This document shows, in pieces, positions 26,496 to 39,241 of a stretch of DNA of 64,000 bases. The position numbers and the translations under genes were made by a program. Below the pieces are notes generated by a model. That model saw only the letters and a list, made by a program, of their open reading frames with translations, made no database searches and was not told where the DNA came from. Source of the DNA: Octopus sinensis (taxonomy: Eukaryota); NCBI RefSeq assembly GCF_006345805.1, contig NC_042998.1, positions 31,682,001-31,746,000 on the forward strand. Direction: 5' to 3'. Numbering within the stretch: the first letter of the stretch is position 1; each line of letters opens with the position of its first letter.

Positions 26496-26541
26496 GACAC
26501 CTGATGAAAGCTGGAAGGTATATCAGCCGAAACGTTGTGTT
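26496..26541 (+). ncRNA. Minimal type-I hammerhead ribozyme fold (family H2) in a PLE-type terminus extending to about 26612
   Basis: GACAC CUGAUGA A AGCUGG-AAGGUAUA-UCAGCC GAA A-CG-U U GUGUU: canonical core, 5-bp stem I, ACGU palindrome in place of stem III. Confidence 0.75.
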
Positions 26542-26960
26542 AGCAACAAACAAGATGAGGACAAATAGCCGTCAAATGTAAATAATTCCTCATCTCTCAA
26601 ATATAGAACCTGATTTGTGTACATATATATAATAAAGGGGAAAATATATACATTTCTGTCTCTTGCAGTATTAATAATTTTTCCCGTTACTATGGTCATC
26701 GGAAAACCTCATGATATCGTTGAGTTAGCAAAAAGCTAATTTTTAAAAACTTTTCGACTTGTAGTAAGTACTGGTTTCCAAATGTATAAACCAGAAGGTT
26801 AATATTAATATGTTTTAAATGTTTGATGGTAGAAAGGAATAAGAAGAAATGGAATAAATAACGAAGTATTGCGTTAGTATTCATATGTGTATTATTGGCA
26901 GATATTAAAAGCTAAAAAGAAATACATGACGAACAGTAATGGTCGTCATATTTATGAATA

Positions 26961-27269
26961 TCACGTGATCACGTGACCGATCAGACCATAAGATGTTGCT
27001 ACACATCGCTGGTCACAATGCGCTTCACATTGTTTTAGACTTAAATGACGCCACCCCGCTGGCTAAGCGAGCAGGCCAACAGAAGAAAGAGTGAGAGAAA
27101 GTTGTAGTGAAAGAGTACAGCAGGGATCACCACCACACCCTGCCTGAGCCTCGTGGAGTTTTAGATGTTTTCGCTCAATAAACACTCACAACGCCCGTTC
27201 TGGGAATCGAAACCGCGATCCTACGATCGCGAGTCCGCTGCCCTAACCACTAGGCCATTGCGCCTCCAC
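26961..27269 (-). mobile_element. SINE family C head with alternative 3' part, flanked by TSD
   Basis: A/B-box head at 27200-27269, tail ..GGTCACGTGATCACGTGA, direct repeat TTTATGAATA(T) at 26951 and 27271. Confidence 0.88.
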
Positions 27270-27833
27270 ATTTATGAATATATATGTGACTAGAAGTAAT
27301 GTTGGATTTGAAAATTGACAAACAAGCATTTGCTAAGTTATAATGGCAGGAATTTTAAAACAATAATTCTTATACGATATTTCTCGGCGACGAAATAAAA
27401 AGAAAAACTGCATGAAGAAGACAGTAATTCGTAGTCTCGATTTTTATCTTTATTTTTGTTATCAGTATTGGTATCGTCTTAATTACAAAAGTTTAGTTTC
27501 CAAAGCTATGAATGTAACAATGGTCATAAAACCAAGTAAAGTACAAAGTAAACAAGAAGAAAATGATAATAGTTAAGTATATGGTCACGAATGCAAATTG
27601 ATATAAGTGAAATTAAACACAACTAACTCTCAGATAAGAATCTTATATTCAATACATTTTACAGAGAATATCATATGTCAGAATGTGTTTTATAAAGTTC
27701 ACTGAGATCTTTAGAAAATAATTACATGACAGACATATTCCTTAATAAATAAATTTTCAACTACAACAGATTATATGTGTGAATATGGTTGAATTTCTAA
27801 GACATATGCATAGGAAGTGTTCACTTATAGATA

Positions 27834-28227
27834 TCTTTATATATAAAAGTGAAGTTGTGTGTGTCTCCTACGATTTAGATTCCTAACTACTCCCACATTT
27901 TTGGGTGCAGTGTAACCAAAAGCGGGTATCTTATAGTCGTGATTCATATCGAGCCCTTCTGGGTATTAGCGCGCGTCTACGATGAGTCTACGATTAAAAA
28001 AAAAATTTCCATCATTTTTTCCCCATTTTAATGCATTTTGTTTCTATTATATAAGGGAAGTAACTCTCTAAAAATGTATTATTAAATCTCAGAACGTAAA
28101 AAGCTACAGTAACCCCCCCCCCTTTGAGGTTAGCCATATTGAGATGGCTATTATACTTTACATCTCTAAAAATGCTTACATAGTTATTTCCCTTACAAAC
28201 CCGAGGAACGCCGGGCGATGCTGCTAG
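27834..28227 (+). mobile_element. Non-autonomous Helitron
   Basis: A|TC 5' end, subterminal hairpin CCCG-AGGAACGC-CGGG, CTAG|T 3' end. Homologous to 46122-46626. Confidence 0.85.
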
Positions 28228-29204
28228 TTGTAGATAAGAATAAAGTATATATAAAGTGGAGTAACATTTATACAACGTAAACGTGGATGTTCTCTTAGAA
28301 CAAACTATAATGCGGTAAATGCTATTAGAGAACGTCTCATATTGGCTTTTGGTGCGGAATGCCCTCTGTGTTTATATCGCTAGCGGAGAGATACATCCCC
28401 GCTACCAGCAGCACCGGGACCACCAGATCACCTTCCTTGGTCTCGTCAATAACGGATGCTCAACCGCTAGAGATAGCAGCGACTCATCTCCCCTTCAGCG
28501 ATATATAGTAAACCAGTGCCAGAACAAGCGCTGGTGTCACGATTAGCCAGTAAGCGTGTTAAAAGACCTACATCAACAACAGAGGGTGAACAGTTATGTG
28601 TGTGTGTATGTATGATACACATACACAAAAACGCACATAGACACACACATATGAATGACAAAAAATTAATATAGATAGCTGTGCGCAATGTGTTACCAGA
28701 AAGAAAAAAACTATAATTGTCACTAAATGTGACTACGAGTGTTAGAACACCTACATTGCTAGAAATAAGAGCTAAAAGGCTCTAATACTGTAGTCAAAGC
28801 ACATAACTGTATACATATATATATACATTATTATATTATATCAAACTTTTTAATACCTCTTTGATAGTTATATAAAAAAAATTAATAAATAAGTAAATAT
28901 AAATATTAAAAAAATAAAGTTAAAAAATTTATAAATTTAAAATTTAAAAACTAAAAAAAATATAAAAATTTATAAATATAAATTAAAAATTTTAAATTGA
29001 AATAATTTAATTTTAAATTTTAGATTTTATATATTTTGTATATTAAATTAATTATATTTATTTTTATGTTTTGTTTTATGTTTTTCACTGTTTTATTTGC
29101 CTAATAGTGGTTTTATCTCTAATTTAATTTATATATATATATATATATATATGTATGATAGACTCTCACTTCGTTAGGGTTCAACCATATTTTGCCGAAC
29201 AACC

Positions 29205-29434
29205 ACACAAATGATTTGTTTATAGTGAGCAAATGTTTGTGTAGACATAAGCTCACTCCCATCATCAGATCGGCTTTACATGTGCAGATGCACCGGGTGC
29301 CATATGTCAGATGTAGAAATGATCGCAGAGCAACGGGAACGTGAAATGAAGTGCTTTGCTCAAGAATACAACGCAACGCACGGTGTGGGATTCGAACACA
29401 CAATCTCGCAATCGTAAGTGCAGCACCTTAACTG
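29205..29434 (-). mobile_element. SINE family D (Meta/V-domain-like), degenerate
   Basis: Minus strand GTTCGAATCCC..GCGTTGTATTCTTGAGCAAAGCACTTCATTTCACGTT, similar to 52367-52500. Confidence 0.65.
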
Positions 29435-29608
29435 TGGTGATGATAAATTCCTTTGTCATAAGAAACTGTTCACAATTGCCGTTTGCTAATTGTGACACAT
29501 TGTCTAGAAGCAGAGATAGTTTAATAAATCAATCATATACTTCGTATGGTATTTGCTACATCTGTATTTCTTTGTATACATACATATACATACAGACACA
29601 CACTCATT

Positions 29609-29660
<52 letters not shown>

Positions 29661-29764
29661 TATCAATAAATGAATGTGAGTGTGAATAAGTGTGATGGCA
29701 TGTACGTTTATTTTAAGAAGATGGAAAAAGTAGCTTGTAAGCAGCATGCAACGGTGTCTTGACC

Positions 29765-29940
29765 GATAAATCCACAAGTTTTTTTTATTCTCTCTGTATA
29801 TTTTCTCTTATACCTTTCTGTTGAAGAGCCTAGGCTCGAAACGTAAAAAAATTGACTCACTTTCCCGAGCGTCAAATTAATAAACCTGCTTCTTGTTCAT
29901 ATACCTGTCTTCGTCGTTTGTTTTTCTTTAAATTTCAAAT
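29765..29940 (+). mobile_element. PLE-type terminus (family H4) with A6U hammerhead motif at 29815-29848
   Basis: TTT CTGTTGA A GAGC CTAG GCTC GAA A CG T A AAA. Confidence 0.7.
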
Positions 29941-29990
29941 ATATATGCGTACATAGATAAATAACCACATACATATCTATCTATCAATCA

Positions 29991-30091
<101 letters not shown>

Positions 30092-30108
30092 CCTACCTAC
30101 CTACCTAC

Positions 30109-30158
<50 letters not shown>

Positions 30159-30165
30159 GTCTGTC

Positions 30166-30196
<31 letters not shown>

Positions 30197-30239
30197 CTAT
30201 CTATCTCCCCCTCTCTCTACATATATATTCTTTTTATTC

Positions 30240-30632
30240 TTTTTTGTACTTGTTTCAGTCATTTGACTGCGGCCATGCTGGGGTACCACCTTAAATGGTT
30301 TTAGTCAAAGTAATCGACCTCAGGACTTATTCTTAGTAAGCCTAGTACCTATGCTACCGGTCTTTTGCCGAAAGGTTAAGTTACGAGGACATCAATACAC
30401 CACTATCAGTTGTCAAACGATGGCAAGGGGTAAAACACAGACACACAAACACACACAGATACACACACACATACAACGGGCTTCTTTTAGTTTCCATCAA
30501 CAAAATCCATTCACAAGCCTTGGTCGGCCCGAAGCTATAGTAGTAGATACTCACCCAAGGTGCCACACAGTGGAACTGAAACGGGAACCATGGGACTGGG
30601 AAGCAAGATTCTCACAACACAGCCACGCCTGC

Positions 30633-30633
<1 letters not shown>
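30240..30633 (-). mobile_element. SINE family B
   Basis: Reverse-complement homology to 21480-21905. Confidence 0.85.
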
Positions 30634-30681
<48 letters not shown>

Positions 30682-31076
30682 GTTAAATATACATACACAT
30701 ACATAAACATACGCACACACACACACACTAAGAGAGAAACACATGCATATATAAAAAGAAAGGTGAGAGCTTGTGTTTACGAAAGTGATAAATTATTTCG
30801 GTAATTAAATAGATTATATTGGAATTTGCCCTTTCTTCAGTCGGCAATCACGATTAGTTTTAGTCAAGCGTTTCATGCAGGGAAGCGAGGTGTAAATGTT
30901 TAAGAAATTCAATAAGAGTGAATAACAATTACAAGAATAAATATATATGGTTTCCGAGGAAATTCATTTAAAAAAATGTTTTGTAATATACGTATAGATT
31001 CCGACTCTTACATCTGCATCATCAGTTGCCCAACGGATATCATTATGGTTTCGACACACACACACACACACACAAA

Positions 31077-31135
<59 letters not shown>

Positions 31136-31390
31136 CACATAAATAAATAAATGGAGTTAAACACAGGTGTTATTCAAGTTATTTTACTTCCGACACATGT
31201 TTTGAAGATATCACAGTTATTATTCCAAAGGAATAAAATTCAGTAAAACAATGTAATCTTCTCTTCGGGGAAATGAAGAAACGAAACTCGTCAATAAGAC
31301 ATTTTAACAGGTATATATATATATATACACACACATATATGCTTATATATATATATATGTGTGTATGTACACAGTAATATATATATATAT

Positions 31391-31782
31391 TCTTTTATTT
31401 GTTTCAGTCATTTGACGGCGGCCATGCTGGAGCACCACCGTAAGTAGCGCAAATTGACTCCCACCAGGACTTATTCTTTGTAAGTCTAGTACTTATTCTA
31501 TTAGTTCTTTTGCTGAACCGCTAAGTTACGAGAACGTAAACATACTAGCATCGATTGTCAAGCGATATTTTTTGTGTGTGTGTGTGGATGGGCAAACACA
31601 CACACTAACACACACACACACATATGACGGGCTTTCAGTTCCGGTCTACCAAATCCACTCCCAAGGCTTTGGTCGGGCCGAGGCTATAGTAGAAGACATC
31701 AGCTCAAGGCGCCATGCAAAGGGACTGAAGCCGGAAACATGTGGTTGGTAAGCAAACTTCTTGCCACACAACCACTCCTGCG
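31391..31782 (-). mobile_element. SINE family B
   Basis: Reverse-complement homology to 21480-21905. A tail-only copy also lies at about 7420-7465. Confidence 0.85.
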
Positions 31783-31980
31783 CATATATGCATATGTATG
31801 TATATATATATACATATATATATATATAAGTAGATGAATGAATTATCCTAGTATGGATAATTCGGTTAATCGATACCTGGGTAGCAAATTCACGTCAGTA
31901 AAACACGGTTGAAGTTACATGCCTGTGTTCGTGTGTGGAAATTTGTGTGTTTTTTTATATGAATAAATGAAAAGAATGGT

Positions 31981-32676
31981 GTCGAACGAAGATTTTAACA
32001 AAATTCCTTTATTTTCGACATATGTTTCGAAGACTGCTTACACTTAATTCCGAAGGAATGAAGGTTGCATTATGCCGTCTTCACCACTACCGTAGACAAA
32101 TTCTTCCTCTCTATTCTGTTACATCAAACATTAATACTAAATATAGTTGGCGTATGTTTATCTCTTTCTCTCTAACTCCCCCCTCTCTCTCTAACATGCG
32201 CACAATCAAACACACAGACACAAATTTCTCACATTAATACCATATATATTTGACAATTGTCCCCCCACACACATACATTTGCAAACACACACACACAGAC
32301 ACAGATGCAGTTATATACACACACTCATACACACACATAAACACTCAAACTCATTAACAAAAACATACACCCGTCAATCCCCATACTTACAGCATACATA
32401 CTGTGTCCTTCCTATTTTTTAAAAATTTCCTCCTTCCAACCAATTTTGACGTCATTGCTTATAACGGATTATTTTAAATAAATACTCATTATCACTGTAG
32501 AAAACATGTAGGCAGTCATTAAGAAGCTTTTGTTCGTCTTGAGGCTGATACAGGTTCCTTGTATTTCCTGATGAGAAGACGGCATAATGCAACCTTCATT
32601 CCTTCGTAATTAAGAGTATGCAGTCTTCGAAACATATGTCGAAAGTAAAGGAATTTTGTTAAAATCTTCGTTCGAC
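31981..32676 (+). mobile_element. Non-coding PLE-like mini-element with 102-bp inverted termini
   Basis: 31981-32082 is the reverse complement of 32575-32676 (4 mismatches). The right terminus carries a complete hammerhead. Confidence 0.7.
32564..32644 (+). ncRNA. Type-I hammerhead ribozyme fold with extended stem II (family H3)
   Basis: UUUC CUGAUGA GAAGAC..(42 nt)..GUCUUC GAA A-C-AUAU-G-U C GAAA: canonical core, GUC triplet. Confidence 0.8.
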
Positions 32677-34458
32677 TCCATATATATATATATGCATATA
32701 TATACATATATATATATACATATATATATATACATATATATATATACATATAAATGTGTGAGTGTATGTATGTGTATATTTGTATGTTTATTTTTAGTAA
32801 GTGTACAACTTTGTTTATGTGAAAATGAATATAAACTTACTAAGGGCCTTAAAGTTAATAATCGTGAATCCGTTTTAAAATTGTATAACTGCGAGCAGAG
32901 TATTTCATTTGAAATTCTTTCCGTTTTTAATTCGTGGTGACCAAAATGTTGAACATAGCTTTTCGGTATGGTAACTACGAACGTTTCAGCGGAACGCCAG
33001 TTATAAACAAAGCATTAATAATATGATTGTTTCTATATCGGAATATGACTGGGGCTGTTAATTTGATGATCAAACGCTTGGGCATTGTGAACTTTTATCG
33101 TAAAATAAATAGATGTCTCTTCTATGCTTTTCAGCGTCTGTGATTTACTGCTGAACCAATGTACGTGAAACAATTATTGATTTTCGTTCAAAGTAGCTCG
33201 ATGATATGTTGAAAGATGTAATGAACCAGGAAGTAGTCAGCAGAGACTTAGGGTTGGTTGTTAAAAATATTCACTTCTTATGTTATGACTTGTAAATCAT
33301 TATATATTGCGACACGTAATTAACTTATTCCTTGCTGGTTTAAGCGAAGTATATATTATTATGTAGAGAATAGCACATGGCCCAATCACAGAGTGGAACT
33401 GCAAGCAATTTATAGTTCCTGCCACCATCAATCTCAATGATAATTAGAAATTATTGCATTGCCATCTTTCCAATTTCACACTTATTAATTGTTTTCCTCA
33501 TTTTGCTCTCGTAGGAACGTATCCCGAGTTCTATAAATAACTTCGACTTTGATATAGTTTGCAGATATTTCATCGACAGTTTTGCATGACATGCGTTTGT
33601 CATGTAATTATCGCCATTATCTGTTCCATTTAAGATAATGAAAATTCGATTTCTTTTTGTTTATATTTTCTACAAAACAAAAAATTTACCACAAAAAAAT
33701 TGAGTTGTAGCAATGCTTAATTAATAATGTCAAGTTTGTTTTAGATTTTTATAAGAACGAACTGAGTATATTTTATTGACTAATGGAGTAACCAAACATT
33801 ATGTTTTATATACAAAACATCGATTTTAGCTACACCAAGCGGTCTATCGGTGCTAAAGGTAAATAAATCATTGTTCCAAGTACTATGAACTTAAGTTGTT
33901 GACAAAGTTTTAAAAACAACATAATTGAATACGATACAAATATAGATCTAAGGCGTGGAGAATACGTGTTTACTAATTTTTGTTTCACCCGTTTGAAAAG
34001 TAGAAAAAGAAGTCGGTGATAACAATGGTAAATATTTTCATTCTGTTAAGACTTTTTACGCATAACGTATTTAGTATGAAACCAATCGCTCATCGCTTTA
34101 GAAATACAATTAAATAATACCAAACCGCTAATGTTTACCACTGTCCACAACGAACGAAAAATCATTGAATAGCTTCTTAAAGGTAGATTGATTTTAATAT
34201 TTGTAACTTAATAGCTATATTGATATTTATGCAGACATAACCATCAATTCATTCAGAAGCAATAAACTGCTGTATGCCTTTGTATTAAAGGCATACAGAA
34301 ATTTAGTATACAGAAGCTGAACTGTTTTCTGAATGTAGTTAAACACAAATACATACAAATGTATGTGTGTATGTACTTCTGTATACACACATGTATACAT
34401 ACATACATACATACATACATACATACATACATACATACATACATAAATACATACATGC

Positions 34459-34540
<82 letters not shown>

Positions 34541-34821
34541 ATAAATAAATAAAAGGGGTTTGTATGATTGTGTAGGGAGGAATATATATTATTCAAAGAA
34601 ATTCCAAATCTGTTTTTTATGTTTTATTTATATCCTTTATAATATTAATGTAGAATATAGAATATATAGTATAAATAATATATATATTGTAAAATGAAAT
34701 TAAGTATTGATTGTCTTATTGAATAGATGAAATATTGAATATCAAATATTAAGGGACTAGTATACTTTCTTACATTATATCAGTCTTCAAGGTCCCAGGT
34801 TGTGACAGGAGTGTTTCAACA

Positions 34822-34866
<45 letters not shown>

Positions 34867-34939
34867 GAAATGGAGACTGGAAAGTTAATAATTGTTTATT
34901 ATTAACACCAAATTAATCATCATATCCTTACACCTGTTC

Positions 34940-35100
34940 CATTAAATATTTAAGTAAGTAAATATTAAATTTCTATGATCTGAGCATGATACACTTTGAG
35001 AATCCATAAACACGTATAAAACATCCAAGGGTATACTTTTTCCTCCCTGAAGATATTATGCTCAGGTCACATAAATTTAATATTTACTTAATATTTACTG
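34940..35100. mobile_element. Small MITE-like imperfect inverted repeat
   Basis: AGTAAATATTAAATTTCTATGATCTGAGCATGATA versus the reverse complement of TATTATGCTCAGGTCACATAAATTTAATATTTACT. No TSD resolved. Confidence 0.5.
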
Positions 35101-35348
35101 AGTATTAACTGAAACAGCTGTAAGGCAAGATGATTAATTTGCTGTTAATACTAAACAATTATTAACTTCCGAATCTCCATTTTCTTTTTCTTGTATATGA
35201 ATATAAACTATATGTTTATATATACAGAGAGGGAGATGCAGCACGGAATTTTGTCACTCTCAAAAATTTAAATGTATATATATATATATATATATATACG
35301 CGTACTAATGTACAAATACAATCAAGCGCATCTATATATTACTTCTTC

Positions 35349-35632
35349 GGCACTCCGTCGTTATGACGAACAGGGTTCCAGTTGATCCCAAAACAGACAC
35401 GTACCCTCGGGGAGATTCAGCGTTACAAGGCTGAGTCCTTTGAAATACAGGCACAACAGAAACAGGAAGAAAGAGTGAGAGACTGTTGTGATGAAAGAGT
35501 ACAGCATGAATCTCGTGGACCTCTAAGTGTTTTGGCTCAATAAACATTCACAACGCCCGTTCTGGGAATCGAAACTGCGATCCTATGACCGCAAGTCCGC
35601 TACCTTAGCCACTTGGCTATTGCGCCTCCACA
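35349..35632 (-). mobile_element. SINE family C
   Basis: Homologous to 18871-19226 with internal deletions. Confidence 0.85.
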
Positions 35633-35661
35633 TCTATATATCTGTACATCTATATGCATAC

Positions 35662-35853
35662 ATATAGATCGTTAGCCACTACACACATTTTTTCTCTCCT
35701 TGTTTCTCACCTTGTTTTTTCTGTGTCCCATTCTGTAGAAGAGCGTAGGCTCGAAACGTAAAAGATTTGTTCTATTCCTGAGCGTTATACTAATACATCT
35801 GTTTGTTTTGTACACCACCTGTCTTCGTCTTTTGTTTTTTCGTAAACTCTCCC
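35662..35853 (+). mobile_element. PLE-type terminus (family H4) with A6U hammerhead motif at 35731-35762
   Basis: TT CTGTAGA A GAGC GTAG GCTC GAA A CG T A AAAG. Ends CTCTCCC(TA)n. Confidence 0.75.
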
Positions 35854-36535
35854 TATATATATATGTAAAGACAGCATATATAATCGATATACTTTTGCAC
35901 GCAAGTATATTGGTTATATAATTTTTACTTTGAATTTTCCATCTCAGTTTCCAATTCGTTTTCCATATAAATCAGATTCATCTCAAAACTTTTCCCTGTT
36001 GAATTTTAAAGGATTTCAACATACTCTGCATTGTATTTTCTAAATACTGAGAAAATCTCTCTCTTGCTAGTTGCCATGTAAGAAAGTGATATTTGCTCAC
36101 ATGATCTGCCCACGATTTTTTCTTACATATATCGCTTTTCAGAAATCTGTTGTTGAATCACGGGACGTCAAAGATTTATTGAATTAAACTGAAGAGGCTG
36201 TACACTTCGTCAAAAAACTTAACATCCTTCACATTTAAATCTAAATAAATTAACTCAATTCCTTTACATTAATTTGTATTAATATATTATACATTATATA
36301 TTAAAATAACGATACATCGGAACTAATTATCTAAGATGGTTGTTACGATTATATATTTATATTAGTATGAATGTAATATCTGAAGATCTATTTAAAATGT
36401 TTTATCTAAGAAGTACAACAAAATATCGCTTAGAGAATACTTTATACAGAGCGATAACTTGAATTATTTCCTATACCGGCAATATGATCGTAGCTGAAGC
36501 AATTATGCCAACCTCTCTGCCTTTCTCCTATCTGA

Positions 36536-36597
<62 letters not shown>

Positions 36598-36634
36598 ATC
36601 AAAGTCTATATCTGTATCTATAAATTCCTTGTTT

Positions 36635-36713
36635 TTCCTGATGAGAAAGCGGCATAATGTACTCCTTATTCCTTCACAATTAGGAATGTGCAGCCTTCGA
36701 AACATATGTCGAA
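36635..36713 (+). ncRNA. Second family H3 hammerhead fold
   Basis: UUC CUGAUGA GAAAGC..GCCUUC GAA A-C-AUAU-G-U C GAA. Diverged from 32564, with a compensatory A-U to G-C change in stem II. Confidence 0.7.
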
Positions 36714-39241
36714 CATAAAGGAAATTTGTTAATTTGTCGTTCAACTCCATTCTTTCATTTATTCATAAATTTTATAAAAATACATACATATATATATATA
36801 TATGCCTATGCACGCACGCAAACACACACACACGCATACACACTCGCACACTCACATATACATACACGTACGCATGCGCGCGCACACACACACACATGAA
36901 TAACATACGACGGATAATTGTCCAATCATTACATCTGTTTCTCACGCATCTTTTTAATAGAAGGAGAACATTACTCCATTACAAAAGACCGAAATAATCA
37001 GATGAAGCATAATTTTCCAAACAAAAGAATATCCCAAGAATACAGCAGGCATCAGGCTGGAGTCTGTTGAGGCCAAATATGAAAGGCCAGAATGACCAAC
37101 AAAGTTGGCCATTGAGGTTAAGTATATAGTTGTGAATATATGGTTATGCATTTTCTTCGATGTTGTAGACTTGAAATTTTTCCATTTTACAATTACCTTT
37201 CACTTTGCTTTGTTTCGGTTTCAACGATGTTGATGTAGACTGCACTTTAAATCACCTACATTAGACCTGTTATTTGTGTTTTATTAAATATTTTCGAGAT
37301 TTAATTAAAGAGTTTCAAGCTTCAAATCATAATAGAAAATAAATAAATTTCTGATGCAAAGGAAATTGAAATATATCGAATTCAAAAGAGAAACTACGAA
37401 ATAGTTAAACACAACGGCACAACTGTTTGAATCATATAATGAAATGCAGATAAGTATCAGAACCTCTATAATCACAGCTACTTCCTCAGTAAACTGACAT
37501 CATACATACGTATCGACCTTATGGAAACGGTAGGAATAACCCTTGATCATGTACAGAAGATAAAACTCCAAAAAGAAATGCGCACAGACAGTTTTGCTAC
37601 AACGTGAAGAAGCAGTGAAAACTTTTAATTAAATCAACACTGGAAACTAAACATTTGATCTCCTACAACCAGTTCGTCCGGAGAGTGAGGGAGGGCTTGA
37701 AAAATTAATAAAAAGTTGATTTTCTACATAATAATAAATTATATGAAAGTACATCAACTGATAAGAAAACTGCTATGAAAAGGTGAAGATTGCTAGATTA
37801 TAAGACTAATGTTTAATGCTGATCAAACTTGTCTATTGTTGAAAAATACCAAAGAGAATCTTTATATCAAGAATAGAAAAATAAGCGAACGAACAGAAAA
37901 AGCGATTCAAATCATCAAAAGAAACTACTTAATTATGTTACTGTAATGCGTTAGATGGTTGTTTTATGTAGTTCTCATTATTTAACAGCGACCTTAACTC
38001 GTACAGTATGAGAAAGTTAAACAAAATACACTCCTAGTTCATTGCCATTGAAAAATAATAAGTGTTTACTGCATAATTTAAAGCGGGTTTTATGAAAACA
38101 TTTGTTCTCTAGAAAATTATATTAGTTTTCAGATTTTGATGACTAATTGATAACACGTCTATTAAGAGCTAGAGCACTTTACTTTACTTTCAAGTTCTCA
38201 CATGAACACCCAATAAAGAGGAGTTATCCAATCAGTGAATCAAAGCAAATTGGGTTAAACATCCGTATAAACAAATACTGCATGATATGGAAGACAGCCA
38301 ACTTGCTGTTCGACGAGTAAGAACAAATTAGTATTCTTCATTGTTGGAAGATAATTTAAACAGAAATTTGGGGAATTAAGAGAACCATTTTGACATGAGC
38401 AGTCCTGAATGTTAGTGATACTGAAGCAAAAATAATTTTTTAACTGAAATATAATTAATATTGCTCGTTGAATAAAAGCTGAAGAATAAACTATTTTAGT
38501 TGTCTGAGAAAATTAAGTGAGTGTTTGTGGAAATGACGTTAAGTGGGATAGATTTATTTGGCACCGTAATTACGAAATTACGAATCACAAAGAAGAATCT
38601 TATGTGGATGAATTAGACTCCCTTATTAGTGAATATATTATCAGGAAAATGAATACAAATAAAATAACACGGGTTCTGATATGGTATTTATCTTGAAATT
38701 TGTGAGACAAATAAGAAACCACATAGCTTACGATGCTCAAAATTACAGGTCCCATGAGTTGGTTTGTTATTCAAAATGCATTGGCGTATATTACTGATGA
38801 CACGGTTGAACAAAACCAAGAGTTTTAATATCTTTAAATGAAAACGCCATCGAGTAAGATAAACACTGCATAGACGAAGGGCGGTGTGTACACTTTGACT
38901 GGTTGCAGTCATTGTTCTGCAGCTCTGCTGAGTTATAACGTTGAGACATTGTAATCAATCATATCGAACCCTGTCCGGTTATTATTGATCGCTTCTTTGG
39001 AGATAAGCGCAGTTGCGTGACACAGTGACACAATATATCAGTCTTAAATAAAGCAAACACGCACATACACACACACACTCTTCTCCCTCTCCCTCCCTCT
39101 CTCACATACATACACACACATACATACATACATACATACATACATACATACATACATACATACATACATACATACATACATACATACATACATACATACA
39201 TACATACATACATACATACATACATACATACATAAACAAAA

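Noticed and set aside
27195-27269. tRNA-like sequences (also 21480, 35560, 52367)
   Set aside because: They have A/B boxes but no closed acceptor stem and continue into SINE bodies, so they are SINE heads, not tRNA genes.
38170-38400. Faint RT-like echo (ESKQIGLNI..)
   Set aside because: Too short and broken to support without a profile search.
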